The notes: generated by a model not told the origin, from the letters alone. Shown: positions 1-13,053, counted from the first letter of the stretch. The stretch is 64,000 nucleotides of DNA from Octopus sinensis (GCF_006345805.1 NC_043021.1:16430001-16494000); one strand, 5' to 3'. Numbers and translations are program-made.

Positions 1-315
1 TTTAGTGCAGATTCCGCCGAGGTCGACTTTGCCCTTCACCCTTTCGGGGTCAACGTAATCGACCAAATACCCTAGTCCCCTCTACGTTTAAGCTCCTTGT
101 GTGCAATAAAGAAAGAAGAAACATTATAAGCACGCCGGGCGAAATGCATAACGGCATTTCGTCTGCCTCCATGTTCCGCTTTCAAAATCCGTCGTGGGCA
201 CCTGAATTCTTTCATTCGTTTCGGTTCGAGACAGAGCCGAAATTTGCAAAGCCCGTATTATCTGTGCCAGGAAATAAATCTCTTTTTAGTTTAATAAAAA
301 AATAACATCACTCAG

Positions 316-512
316 AAAGTATCGAGTCCCTCTTTAAGAAGTTATTAAACCTCTCAAGAACGATCTTCAATGGATTCCTCACGTTCGTTGAAGGCGGAGT
401 AACGAACGATACAGGAGATCCTGCTTCACGCTCAGGACTCAATACGATCTCGCATCATCGTGATGTTGTTGACCGATCAAAGGAATCGGATACCGTTGCG
501 ACACATACTTAA
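316..512 (+). CDS. Possible terminal coding exon of an upstream gene (SIESLFKKLLNLSRTIFNGFLTFVEGG...DTVATHT*)
   Basis: ctcag| followed by 65 codons ending in TAA, then AT-rich unique sequence with AATAAA at 655 and 1009. Acceptor is weak and no homolog recognised. Confidence 0.25.
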
Positions 513-1256
513 GAAATGATCCTTAAAAGCATGGTCTTAAAATTTTTACGAACGCTACCCAAATATATATACGTGGCTGTTTTACTTATGTAGTGGTGTC
601 AAAGAATATAATTAACAAAGAACTTAATTAACTGTAAAGTAAATCTGTAGCTTAAATAAATTTTTACCTTTCTAAAAGTATTCTAAATTGTTCTGTATCT
701 AAATATTGAGAAAACACATTAGATTTAGTATGTATAAACTGGTTTGTATAAAGTATTTCTGTTAAATTTTGCGATTCAGTCATCAGCTGCTTCTAACATC
801 CGGTTTCTATTTGACGTCATTATTCTTCGCTTGTATTATCACTTATCGTTGTTTATACTTAATACAGTTATAAATCTTAATATTTTCAGATGATAATACG
901 TTTATGTCTACACATTATTTTAGTTTACGTTGTTTGTTCAAATTCCGTCTGGTTCAACCGTGAATTATATTTTTACAAGCTTAAGTAATTATTTCCCGGT
1001 GAAGCACCAATAAACGTTCCGACTGCAAACACGTTACCTCCATTAGTAATCATATTTTATGCTTATATCAAATGGTTATCAAAATCAATTATCGTGTTCA
1101 TTCAAATATGAAACAAAATACATTCCAAACAGAAAACTCTAAATTGTTAACAGATGATACTTAAATTTAGGTGAAGTTCCGGTTACTTAGTAATATCGGT
1201 TTGTTTACATAGCAACGGTTGGTAGTGTGAAGACAGTGGGATAAACTACTATAGCC

Positions 1257-1389
1257 TCGGTCTGATCAAAACTTTGTGAGTGGATTTGGTAGACGGAGAC
1301 TTAAAGAAACCTGTCATATCTATCTATCTATCTATCTGTCTGTCTGTCTCCTATCTATCTATCTATCTATCTATCTATCTGTCTGTCTC

Positions 1390-1488
<99 letters not shown>

Positions 1489-2017
1489 CCTATCTGTCTG
1501 TCTCCTATATATCTATCTATCTATGCATGTATGTATGTATGTATGTATGTATGTATGTATGTATGTATGTATGTATGTGCGTGTGTGTGTATGTATGTAT
1601 GTATGTATGTATGTATGTATGTATGTATGTATGTATGTATGTGCGTGTGTGTATGTATGTATATATTTACGTGAGCGTGTTTTTGTGTCTGTGTTTGTCC
1701 CACCACCACCACCATCACTTGACTACCGATGCTGGTGTGTTTATGTCGGCAAAAGACACTGATTGAATAAGTACTAGGCTTACAAAGAATAAATCCTGGG
1801 GTCGATTTCTTCGACTAAAAACCCTCAATGGCGGTGCTCTAGCATAGCTGCAGTAAAATGACTGAAACAAGCAAAACAAGTAAAAGAATAAAAGAATTCA
1901 GATTGAAGACTTCACTAGAGTGGACGCAAGCGCTAATATATGATTTATAAGAACATGTGACATATTAATAAATATTTGTAAATATAAAACCATCCAGATT
2001 TCTGAGTACCTTATTTC

Positions 2018-2058
<41 letters not shown>

Positions 2059-2104
2059 TATATATATATTATATATATATATATATATATATGTGTATAT
2101 ATAT

Positions 2105-2146
<42 letters not shown>

Positions 2147-2178
2147 ATATATATACATATATATACATATACAAATAC

Positions 2179-2211
<33 letters not shown>

Positions 2212-2314
2212 CATATATATATACATATATACATATATATATATATACATATATATATACATATATATATACATATATATATATATGATATATATATATA
2301 TATATATAATATAT

Positions 2315-2347
<33 letters not shown>

Positions 2348-2351
2348 TATA

Positions 2352-2421
<70 letters not shown>

Positions 2422-2941
2422 TAGAAGAAATAAGGTACTCAGAAATCTGGATGGTTTTATATTTACATATTTATTAATATGTCACATGTTCTTATAAATC
2501 ATATATTAGCGCTTGCGTCCACTCTAGTGAAGTCTTCAATCTGAATTCTTTTATTCTTTTACTTGTTTTGCTTGTTTCAGTCATTTTACTGCAGCTATGC
2601 TAGAGCACCGCCATTGAGGTTTTTAGTCGAAGAAATCGACCCCAGGATTTATTCTTTGTAAGCCTAGTACTTATTCAATCAGTGTCTTTTGCCGACATAA
2701 CACACCAGCATCGGTAGTCAAGTGATGGTGGTGGTGGTGGGACAAACACAGACACAAAAACACGCTCACGTAAATATATACATACATACACACACGCACA
2801 TACATACATACATACATACATACATACATACATACATACATACATACATACACCACACGCACATACCATACATACATACATACATACATACATACATACA
2901 TACATGCATAGATAGATAGATATAGGAGACAGACAGATAGG

Positions 2942-3020
<79 letters not shown>

Positions 3021-3153
3021 GAGACAGACAGATAGATAGATAGATAGATAGATAGATAGGAGACAGACAGACAGATAGATAGATAGATAGATATGACAGG
3101 TTTCTTTAAGTCTCCGTCTACCAAATCCACTCACAAAGTTTTGATCAGACCGA
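1257..3153. repeat. About 1.9-kb inverted duplication (arms ~1257-2023 and ~2421-3153) around a (TA)n core; each arm holds a headless SINE plus unique DNA
   Basis: Arms are near-identical reverse complements including the unique segment (1900-2020 vs 2421-2545). Confidence 0.9.
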
Positions 3154-3660
3154 TGTGTGTGTGTGTGTGTGTGCGTGCATGTGTGTGTATGTGTGTGTGT
3201 GTGTGTGCGTGCATGTGTGTGTGCGTGCATGTGTGTGAGTGTGTGTGTGTGTGTGTGGTAAGATGTTTTACTTACCAACCGCAAAGTTCCGGGTTCAGTC
3301 TCACGATGTGGGGAAGTGTTTGTTCCGCTATAGCCTCGGACCGACCAATGTCGACTTGGTGTACGGAAACTGAAAGAATCACATCGTACATGAGGGGACA
3401 GCCATCATGTATGTATGTATGTATGTATGTATGTATGTATGTATGCATGTATTTATGTATGTATGTATGTATGTGTGTGTGTATGTATGTATGTATGTAT
3501 GTATGTATGTGTGTGTGTATGTATGTATGTATGTATGTATGTATGTATGTATGCATATATGTATGAATGTGTGTATGCTTGTATGTATGTATTCTTGTAT
3601 GTTTGCATGTATGTATGTATGTATGTATGTATGTGTGTGTGTGTGTATATGTATGTATGT
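3153..3660. repeat. (TG)n and (TGTA)n microsatellites with a degraded SINE head at ~3270-3380
   Basis: Direct inspection. Confidence 0.85.
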
Positions 3661-4307
3661 TTGAGCGTATGCGTGTATATTTATGTGTGACTATAATGAG
3701 TCAGTGTGTGTGTGTTTGAGAGAGAGGGTATAGTGCCTCACTTAACGTTACACATCAGTAAAAAAAGATTTTAAAGGGACATAACTTTAACAAAAGAAGA
3801 CGCGGTTATGCTTCTTATTTATGTCCTGTTTCTTTTGTGGAATAAAACTATCGTCTGTGATAACTTGGTCTGATTTGTTCGACTAAACCCTTCTGGCACG
3901 GCACCAGTCGAACGACAAGAACAAAGCATTTTGCTTAAGGACACCACGCGCCGCCGGGGATCGAACACCCTATAGTAGAAAAGTGTTTACTTTGTCGAAC
4001 CCATTACTTGGCTAATTCGTACTTTATCTTATCGATTCCGGAGAGAGAAAACGCTAAGTTGATATCTCCAGGATTTGTACTCAGGACCTAAAAAAAAACA
4101 GGAAAAAAAATACCGCAAAGTATTTTCTCCCAACACGCCGTTTTGCTAGATTTAAAATGGTTTCAAATTTTGGCACAAGGCCAGCAAATTCGGGAGATGG
4201 AGTAAGTCGATTCAGCGACCCTTTCCCCCAGTCTTCAACTGGTACCCCGAGAGGATGAAAGGCAAAGCCAACCTTGGCGTAATTTGAACGCAAAAACAGA
4301 CCCGGTT

Positions 4308-4552
4308 CTTATTTCTTTACTGCCCACAAGGGGCTACACAGAGGGGACAAACAAGGACAGACAAACGGATTAAGTCGATTACATCGACTCCAGTGCGTCA
4401 CTGGTACTTATTTAATCGATCCCGAAAGGATGAAAGGGAAAGTCGACCTCGGCGGAATTTGAACTCAGAACGTAGCGGCAGACGAAATACGGCTACACAT
4501 TTCACCCGGCGTGCTAAGGTTTCTGCCAGCTCGCCGCAAAGACAGACCCGAT
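4308..4552 (-). mobile_element. tRNA-derived SINE family B (head GGCGAGCTGGCAGAAACGTTAGC...GAGTTCAAATTCCGCC)
   Basis: Pol III A/B boxes on the minus strand; many dispersed copies in the window. Confidence 0.85.
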
Positions 4553-4629
4553 TCTACCAGCTCGCCGCCGCCTTACAGGGTGGACTATAATAATCCGTTC
4601 TGCTATAGGTAAGGCCTGAAATTTGGAAG

Positions 4630-4982
4630 CAAGGGACTAATCGATTTCCAGAACGCAACTGGTACTTATTTTATCGATCCCCGAAAGAGTGAAAGGCAAG
4701 AGTCGAACTCGGCAAAATTTGAACTCATAACGTAAAGACGCACGAAATACCTATTTCTTTATTACCCACAAGGGGCTACACACAGAGGGGACAAACAAGG
4801 ACAGACATAGGTATTAAGTCGATTACATCGACCCCAGTGCGTAACTGGTACTTTATTTATCGACCCCGAGAGGATGAAAGGCAAAGTCGACCCCGGCGGA
4901 AATTGAACTCAGAACGTAACGACAGACGAAATACCGCTAAGTATTTCGTCCGGCGCGCTAACGTTTCTGCCAGCTCGCCGCC
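4630..4982 (-). mobile_element. SINE family B, nested copies
   Basis: Same head and body as 4308-4552, one copy interrupting another. Confidence 0.8.
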
Positions 4983-5053
4983 TTCCCGAGTGAAACAACT
5001 GTAGCATAAAAACAACGTAAACAGAAGAATTGATAAGTGTATTTAAAAACTTT

Positions 5054-5802
5054 GGATCTTTTCCTTTTGAACGGCAGTTTTCAACACAATTTCTAGTTAA
5101 CGAAACACTTTTAAACTTTGTATACTGGTAGAATGCGTTTATAAAACATCATTTTTTCTTGACTTTATTGAAAAAATTCTATAGTTTGTAAGATATTTCC
5201 ACTTTAAAATCGAGCATTTCGGCAATTTTAACCAATCGCTGGAGTCCATTTAGGTTGAAAATATTCCGTGCTATATGAATATGTCCCTCGTTTAAGAAAC
5301 AGATACCCTTCCCCCACCCTTAACCCTAACCCTAACCCTAACCCAAAAACAGATTGAAATGCAATAGATCGATACTAGGGTTATAATTATGGGTGACATT
5401 TTCATGTGTCGTATGAAATTGTCACCCATAATTATAACCCTAGTATCGATCTATTGCATTTCAATCTGTTTTAGGGTTAGTTAGAGTTATGGTTAGGGTT
5501 AGGGGTGGGGGAAGGGTATCTTTTTTTCTTCAGAAATGTAAATAAACCCAATCTGTTTCTTAAACGAGGGACATATCCATATAGCACGGAATGTTTTCAA
5601 CCCAAATGGACTCCAGCGATTGGTTAAAATTGCCGAAATGCTCGATTTTAAAGTGGAAATATCTTATAAACTATAGAATTTTCTCAATAAAGCCAAAAAA
5701 AAAATGATGTTTTATAAACACATTCTACCAGTATACGAAGTTTAAAAGTGTTTAGTTACTTGGAAATTGTGTTGACATATGCCGTTCAAAAGGAAAAGAT
5801 CC
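5054..5802. mobile_element. Palindromic (foldback) MITE with GGATC termini and 8-bp TSD, Merlin-like
   Basis: Two inverted copies of the left part of the 63038-63479 element. Flanks aaaacttt and aaaactgt (7/8). Internal (TAACCC)n. Confidence 0.75.
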
Positions 5803-6069
5803 AAAACTGTTATCGCCGTAAATCATGTGATACATTTACGCATCTAATTATATTATTTAGACTCTGCCACAGCTTTGCACTCTTTCCTGCCCCCCCCCCC
5901 AAAGCTACTGTTCCAAATACTATCAGTCCGGTGGGATAAGGGAGTGGAACAGAAGGAGGGATGACGATCAGCTGAAATGCCATGTGACAGACATGATGGT
6001 TTTTACATCCTTCTTCGTTCTCGATTCAATTACTCACTGTAAAACGGTGTTGAAGTTTTCCAGTTCCAT

Positions 6070-6318
6070 TCTTTTATTCTTTTATTCTCTTATTCTTTTA
6101 CTTGTTTCAGTCATTTGACTGCGGCCATGCTGGAGCACCACCCAAAGGAGGGGGGGGGGGGTTAGTCGAGCAAATCGACCCTTAAGACTTATTCTTTGTA
6201 AGCCTAGTACTTATTCTATCGGTTTCTTTTGCCGAACTGCTAAGTTATGCCGACGTAGATACACCAACATCGGTTGTCAAGCGATTGACACACACACACA
6301 CACACATAGACACACACA

Positions 6319-6355
<37 letters not shown>

Positions 6356-6747
6356 ACACACACAAACACACACACGATGGGCTTCTTTCAGTTTCCGTGG
6401 AGCACCACCCAAAGGGGGTTTTAGTTGAGCAAATCGACCCTTAAGACTTATTCTTTGTAAGCCTAGTACTTATTCTATCGGTTTCTTTTGCCGAACTGCT
6501 AAGTTATGGCGTCGTAGACACACCAACATCGGTTGTCAAGCGATTGACACACACACACACACACACACACGATGGGCTTCTTTCAGTTTCCGTGGAGCAC
6601 CACCCAAAGGGGGTTTTAGTTGAGCAAATCGACCCTTAAGACTTATTCTTTGTAAGCCTAGTACGTATTATATCGGTTTCTTTTGCCGAACTGCTAAGTT
6701 ATGGCGTCGTAGACACACCAACATCGGTTGTCAAGCGATTGACACAC

Positions 6748-6788
<41 letters not shown>

Positions 6789-7150
6789 ACACACACACAC
6801 ACACATACACACACACACGATGGGCTTCTTTCAGTTTCCTTGGAGCACCACCCAAAGGGGGTTTTAGTTGAGCAAATCGACCCTTAAGACTTATTCTTTG
6901 TAAGCCTAATACTTATTCTATCGGGTTCTTTTGCCGAACCGCTAAGTTATGGCGACGTAGACACACCAACATCGGTTGTCAAGCGATTGACACACACACA
7001 CACACACACACACACGATAGGCTTCTTTCAGTTTTCGTCTACGAAATCCATTCACAAGGTTTTAGTCGGCCCGAGGCTATAGCAGAAGACACTTGCCCCA
7101 GGCGTCATGTGGTTGGTAAGCAAGCTACTTACCACGCAACCACGCCTATG
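6070..7150 (-). mobile_element. SINE family A with its internal body tandemly repeated four times
   Basis: Unit ggagcaccacccaaag...tttcagtttcc starts at 6132, 6399, 6594 and 6842; units differ mainly in (AC)n length. Confidence 0.85.
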
Positions 7151-7369
7151 GCGAGCTTCTTTCAGTGTGACTCTACCAAATCCACTCACAAAGCTTTGGT
7201 CGACCCAGGGTTATAGAAAAAGGCACTTGCCTAATGTGACGACATGTAGTGGGACCGAACCCAGAATCATGCGGTTAGGAAGAAAAGTTCTTACCACACA
7301 GCCACTCATGTGTGTACTGTTTCTAACATAGGCACAGGGCCAGAAATTTTGTGAGAGGGGACCAATCAG

Positions 7370-7371
<2 letters not shown>

Positions 7372-7428
<57 letters not shown>

Positions 7429-7695
7429 TGTGTACAGTGCTCAGGTGCACTACAACTCATCTAAAGTGTATATATAATCAGGTGTAGTTTCGGCGGATTT
7501 CGGAAAGCATGAGGGCCTTAAAGGATGCAGTGTCATGGCAGTCAACAACTGACGCAGGCAGTTTATTCCATGCTTCAGCAACTCTGAGCGTGAAGAAATG
7601 TTTCCGAAAGTCATGGGAGCTGTGCTGTCTTCTGACTTTGTAGGCATGTCCACATGTGTTAGACACATGGAGATCAAAAAGGTGTTCAGTGTATA
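7372..7695 (-). mobile_element. CR1-clade LINE 3' end with (ATT)n tail
   Basis: Translation HLFDLHVSNTCGHAYKVRRQHSSHDFRKHFFTLRVAEAWNKLPASVV fits the CR1 ORF2 C-terminal motif (TRGH..K...FF..RV...WN.LP). Confidence 0.85.
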
Positions 7696-7883
7696 GGGAT
7701 ACCAGTACAGTACTTGGCAGCTTCTTTATTTTGTCGAGTTCAGAAGTAATGTCGGTTCTGTTTTGTACAGTGGATCGGGTGGGGTAGAGAGCTGCACTGA
7801 AATTTGCTTCTGTACAAATTTTGTCTTCCTTTTCAAATTGCTTTAACTTAAAGAAAAGTTCGATTTCATCTTGAAAAACCTTG

Positions 7884-8876
7884 TGTGCGCATAAGTCTTT
7901 CCTTTGTGCGCATAAGTCTTTCCTTTGTGCGCACAAGTCTTTCCTTTGTGCGCACAAGTCTTTCTTTGTGCGCACAAGTCTTTCCTTTGTGCGCATAAGT
8001 CTTTCCTTTGTGCGCAGAAGTCTTTCCTTTGTGCGCAGAAGTCTTTCCTTTGTGCGCATAAGTCTTTCCTTTATGCGCATAAGTCTTTCCTTTGTGCGCA
8101 GAAGTCTTTCCTTTGTGCGCACAAGTCTTTCCTTTATGCGCATAAGTCTTTCCTTTGTGCGCAGAAGTCTTTCCTTTGTGCGCACAAGTCTTTCCTTTGT
8201 GCGCACAAGTCTTTCCTTTGTGCGCACAAGTCTTTCCTTTGTGCGCACAAGTCTTTCCTTTGTGCGCATAAGTCTTTCCTTTGTGCGCATAAGTCTTTCC
8301 TTTGTGCGCATAAGTCTTTCCTTTGTGCGCATAAGTCTTTCCTTTGTGCGCACAAGTCTTTCCTTTGTGCGCACAAGTCTTTCCTTTGTGCGCACAAGTC
8401 TTTCCTTTGTACGCACAAGTCTTTCCTTTGTGTGCATAAGTCTTTCCTTTGTGCGCATAAGTCTTTCCTTTGTGCGCATAAGTCTTTCCTTTGTGCGCAT
8501 AAGTCTTTCCTTTGTGCGCACAAGTCTTTCCTTTGTGCGCACAAGTCTTTCCTTTGTGCGCATAAGTCTTTCCTTTGTGCGCATAAGTCTTTCCTTTGTG
8601 CGCATAAGTCTTTCCTTTGTGCGCATAAGTCTTTCCTTTGTGCACATAAGTCTTTCCTTTGTGCGCATAAGTCTTTCCTTTGTGCGCACAAGTCTTTCCT
8701 TTGTAGCACAAGTCTTTCCTTTGTGTGCATAAGTCTTTCCTTGTGCGCATAAGTCTTTCCTTTGTGCGCATAAGTCTTTCCTTTGTGCGCACAAGTCTTT
8801 CCTTTGTACGCACAAGTCTTTCCTTTGTGCGCATAAGTCTTTCCTTTGTGCGCACAAGTCTTTCCTTTGTGCGCTG
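7884..8876. repeat. 21-bp minisatellite (CTTTGTGCGCAYAAGTCTTTC), about 47 copies
   Basis: Direct tandem unit; source of the 7-aa periodic ORFs on both strands. Confidence 0.95.
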
Positions 8877-9009
8877 TTCCTTCCTTTCGTTGTCATCGTT
8901 GTTCTTACTTTTCTTTCCTCTTGGTCTGATTCGTTCGATTAAACTCTTCCGTTGTTCTTCTTCATCTCATCTTTTCTTGTCGTCTTCGTTGTTCTTTTTC
9001 TTCATTCTT

Positions 9010-9040
<31 letters not shown>

Positions 9041-9042
<2 letters not shown>

Positions 9043-9245
9043 CTTTACTCTTTTTTTACTCTTTTACTTGTTTTAGTCATTTGACTGCGGCCATGCTGGA
9101 GCACCGCCTTTAGTCGAGCAAATCGACCCCGGGACATATTCTTTGTAAGCCCAGTACTTATTCTATCGGTCTCTTATGCCGAACCGCTAAGTGACGGGGA
9201 CGTAAACACACCAGCATCGGTTGTCAAGCAATGCTCGAGTGACAA

Positions 9246-9278
<33 letters not shown>

Positions 9279-9435
9279 CGACAGGCTTCTTTCAGTTTCC
9301 GTCTACCAAATCCACTCACAAGGCATTGGTAGGCCCGGGGCTATAGCAGAAGACACTTGCCCAAGATGCCACGCAGTGGGACTGAACCCGAAACCATGTG
9401 GTTGGTTAGCAAGCTACTTACCAAACAGCCACTTC
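9041..9435 (-). mobile_element. SINE family A (head GCAGGAGTGGCTGTGTGGTAAG...GGGTTCAGTCCC, internal microsatellite, AAAAGAGT tail)
   Basis: Near full-length copy; A/B boxes on the minus strand. Confidence 0.9.
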
Positions 9436-9687
9436 TTCTTCTTCTTCTTCTTCTTCTTTCCTCCTCCTCCTCCCCGCTCCTCTATCGGAGTCGTCGCCGT
9501 TGTTGAAAGAAAGAAAGAAAGAAAAGGGTACTTTTTGTTCAACGCTTCCACAAGTTTTCTAATCCAGGCGTCCTCAACCATCGGGCCTCGGGCTTGCACC
9601 CAGGCCGCACAGAAAAAATAGATGTTAAGATTTTGTTTCCATTTTATTGACTGTCATAGTCTGCAGAATGTTCTTTGCATTATATAC

Positions 9688-10045
9688 TCATTTACTCATT
9701 TACTTGTTTCAGTCATTTGACTGCGGCCATGGGACTTATTCTTTGTAAATCGACCCCGGGACTTATTCTTTGTAAGCCCAGTACTTATTCTATCGGTCTC
9801 TTTTGCCGAACCGCTAAGTGACGGGGACGTAAACACACCAGCATCGGTTGTCAAGCAATGCTAGGGGGACAAACACAGACACACAAACATACATATATAC
9901 ATACATATATACGACGGGCTTCTTTCAGTTTCCGTCTACCAAATCCACTCACAAGGCTTTGGTTGGCCCGAGGCTATAGTTGAAGACACTTGCCCAAGAT
10001 GCCACGCAGTGGGACTGAACCCGGAACCATGTGGTTGGTAAGCAA
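9688..10045 (-). mobile_element. SINE family A
   Basis: High similarity to 9041-9435. Confidence 0.85.
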
Positions 10046-10972
10046 CTTTTTTTTTTTTTTTTGCAATGAGCGTGATTCTTTGGTCTATGGAAAAACAGTC
10101 ATACATGAGACCTGTCCGTGCTGCAACAAAGGTTGGGCACCGCTATAATAATACATTGAATAACCATCTCCAAGGCCAGAATTTATTTTTGCGATGGCGG
10201 GCAAGAAGCGAAACAAACAAACAAACAGTTAATTGTATCTTTGACATAATACTTTGTACTTTATTTTATCAATCCAGATGGATGAAAGAAAAACGAACAA
10301 GTTGACCTGGGTGAGATTTGAACTTGTGAAGCAGAAATACTTAGGTATTTTGTCCGACGCTCTTGCGATCCATAAAAATAAGTGCAATTGTCATTCGTCA
10401 CAGGATTTGCTTTGTAAATGTCGTCTGCGTTCATCTGCTTCCTTTTAACTGTCAATTTTCCTTTCTTTTTTTTCTTTCGCTCATATTTTATAATCTTTTG
10501 TCACTTCTTTTGCGTCCCTTTCGCTTTCTTCTTCTCTCTCTCTCTTTCCAATCTTTATATCTTCAACTGTTACTCTCTCTCTCCCTCTCTCTCTTTCCAA
10601 TTTTTATATCTTCAACTGTTACTCTCTCTCCCTCTCTCTCTCTCACTCCATTTTCTCTCATCCTTTCTTCCTTTCTTTCTTTCTTCCTTTCTTTCTTCTT
10701 TAGTCTTCTTTTTCCTGTCTTCCTTTCTTCTTTTCTTTATCTCCTTCTCTCTCTCTCTCTCTCTCTCTCCGACCTGCTCTCTCTCCACCGCCATTCCTCC
10801 CCCTCGCTCAGTTTTCATTTTTCATCTTCATTTTCAAATAGTAACTTTTTTTTTATCACCGTTGTTACTTTTTTTTAGTTGTTCAACCCCAGACCTGCCC
10901 GGTCGAGCTGACCTCTCATTAAAGACATTACAGCAGTCCAGCCATGACCATTACTTCTTATTTTCAATCATC

Positions 10973-10974
<2 letters not shown>

Positions 10975-11012
<38 letters not shown>

Positions 11013-11077
11013 GTATATATGTATGTATGTAAGTATGTATGTATGTATGCAAGTATGTATGTATGTATGTATGTATG

Positions 11078-11108
<31 letters not shown>

Positions 11109-11190
11109 GTATGTATGTATGTATGTATGTATGTACGTATGTATGTATGTATGTATGTATGTATGTATGTATGTATGTATGTATGTATGT
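10975..11190. repeat. (TATG)n microsatellite
   Basis: Direct inspection. Confidence 0.95.
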
Positions 11191-11894
11191 GGGAGGTTGG
11201 GCACGTCTAATCTTTCAACCCTTCTTTAAGACGGGAGAGTGATTTTTGAGGGAGAATTGGCTTCTATTTCTAGACCAACCAGATGGTTCCCTATTCTGTT
11301 AATTCATTCAAACGAGATGTAGTTATTTATTTAAAAAAAAACCTACCCCAATGATTTCTACAATATACTTTCAGACTTTTTTCCACTTTTTTTCATTTTC
11401 GTTAAAGATCATATTGTCTTCGTATTTTTACAATCTTTTACTTAAAAGAATGAATAAGAAGGGAAAGATCGCATTTTACAATCTTTCCTTTCTCCTTATT
11501 CATTCTTTTAATAAAACCCCCCTTTTTTTTCTCCTTTTATCAATATTCTTAAAACACTTTGCCATTCATACCAATTCTTTCTCTTAGACTCTCATTTTAA
11601 CACTCCTTGCGCTTTTTATACTCTTCGGTTCAGTTTGCTGTCAAGCCTTTTACACTTTTTCTTGCCTTTATTTAATTTTTTTTTCTATATTTTCTTTTAT
11701 TTATGAACTCCTGTCTCTCCATTTTCTCCACCATATAGAATTCCTTCCCCGCTCTCACTCTCTCTCTCTTTCTCTCTCAAAAGAAACACTTGTTTTTCTG
11801 TCACTCTACATCATCTTTCATCTTTTATCACTCTCTATCTTTCAGTTTCCTTGTCATATTTTCGATTTTCCTCCATAAAATAGTTGCTCTTCAC

Positions 11895-12230
11895 CGCACA
11901 CACACACACACACATACACACACACACATACACACACACACATACGTACATGCAGACACATACACAGACACACACATACGTACACCTTCACACACACGCA
12001 CACATACACACACACATACACACACTCATACGTACATGCAGACACATACACAGACACACACACACATACGTACACCTTCACACACACACACGCACACACA
12101 CTCATACGTACATGCAGACACATACACAGACACACACATACGTACACCTTCACACACACACATACACACACTCATACGTACATGCAGACACATACAGACA
12201 CACACATACATACACCTTCACACACACACT
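11895..12230. repeat. About 60-bp minisatellite derived from (CA)n, about 4 copies
   Basis: Unit catacgtacatgcagacacatacacagacacacacatacgtacaccttcacac repeated. Confidence 0.85.
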
Positions 12231-13053
12231 CTCTCTCTCTCACACTTCCTCTCTCTCTCTCTCTTTCCATTTCTTTCTTTCAGTCTTTTTTCTAGCTTTC
12301 CTCCTACTTCTATTGACGCTCCTCCCCTTCGTTCTCCCACTCGTACTCTGCAACACATTTATTTATGTTTTCCTTTTCTTTCATTTCCTTTCCACACACA
12401 CACATTTATCTCTCATAATTTCCTCCCTCCTTCACTTCTTTATATCTTTCACTCATTCTCTGCTTCCTGCTATTCTGTCCATCTCTCTTTCTCTCTCACT
12501 TGCTGCTCCTCTCTCACTCACTCCCTGTCTCGCTCACTCACTGTCTAACTCTTCGCCTCTTTCTCTCACCCTCTGCATTTCTCTTTCTATCTCACTCGTC
12601 GCTTCTTTCGCTATTTTACTTCCTCCCTATCCTCTTTTTTCACTCCTTATCTCTCTCTCTGCTGTCCTTTTGCCTCTGAATATCTCATCCCTTCTCTCTC
12701 TCTCTCTCTCATTTCTTACCTTTCTCTATATCACTCTGATTCACTCTCTCACTCTGTCTCTTCCTTCTCCCTATTCTCTCTCTCTCTCTCTGCTATCCTT
12801 TTGCCTCTGTATATCTCATGCCTTCTCTCTGTCTCTGTCTCTCTCTCATTTCTTTACCTATCTCTATATCACTGCTTCACTCTCTCACTCTCTCCCCTCC
12901 TTCGAACTTCTCTCTATTTCTCTCGCCTTCTCTGTCTTTCCCCCCCACAGCGTCGCGTAACTTTCCTCCTACTTTTGCTCCTCCCCTTCTCACGTGACAC
13001 CACGATAACGGCTGCTCTTCAGTTACACAGACTGGATTCAGTCTCTTCCGACC
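12230..13053 (+). promoter_or_regulatory. Putative AGTRAP promoter/5' UTR: CT-rich tract with E-box TCACGTGAC at 12990-12998
   Basis: About 700 bp of CT-rich sequence, then CpG-containing unique sequence before the ATG. ccccacag| at 12950 could instead be a splice acceptor after an upstream non-coding exon. Confidence 0.4.

Noticed and set aside
1276-3700. Long ORFs such as [16 protein letters not shown] and HTYIHTYI, and similar ORFs at 11, 18, 20, 34 and 46 kb
   Set aside because: Translations of stop-free microsatellites.
5320-5345. (TAACCC)n telomere-like repeats, also at ~14260, ~23910 and ~63350
   Set aside because: Short and internal to MITE-like elements; not a telomere or clear fusion site.
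7881-8752. + strand ORFs with CAHKSFL or VRISLSF repeats
   Set aside because: Antisense readings of the 21-bp minisatellite.
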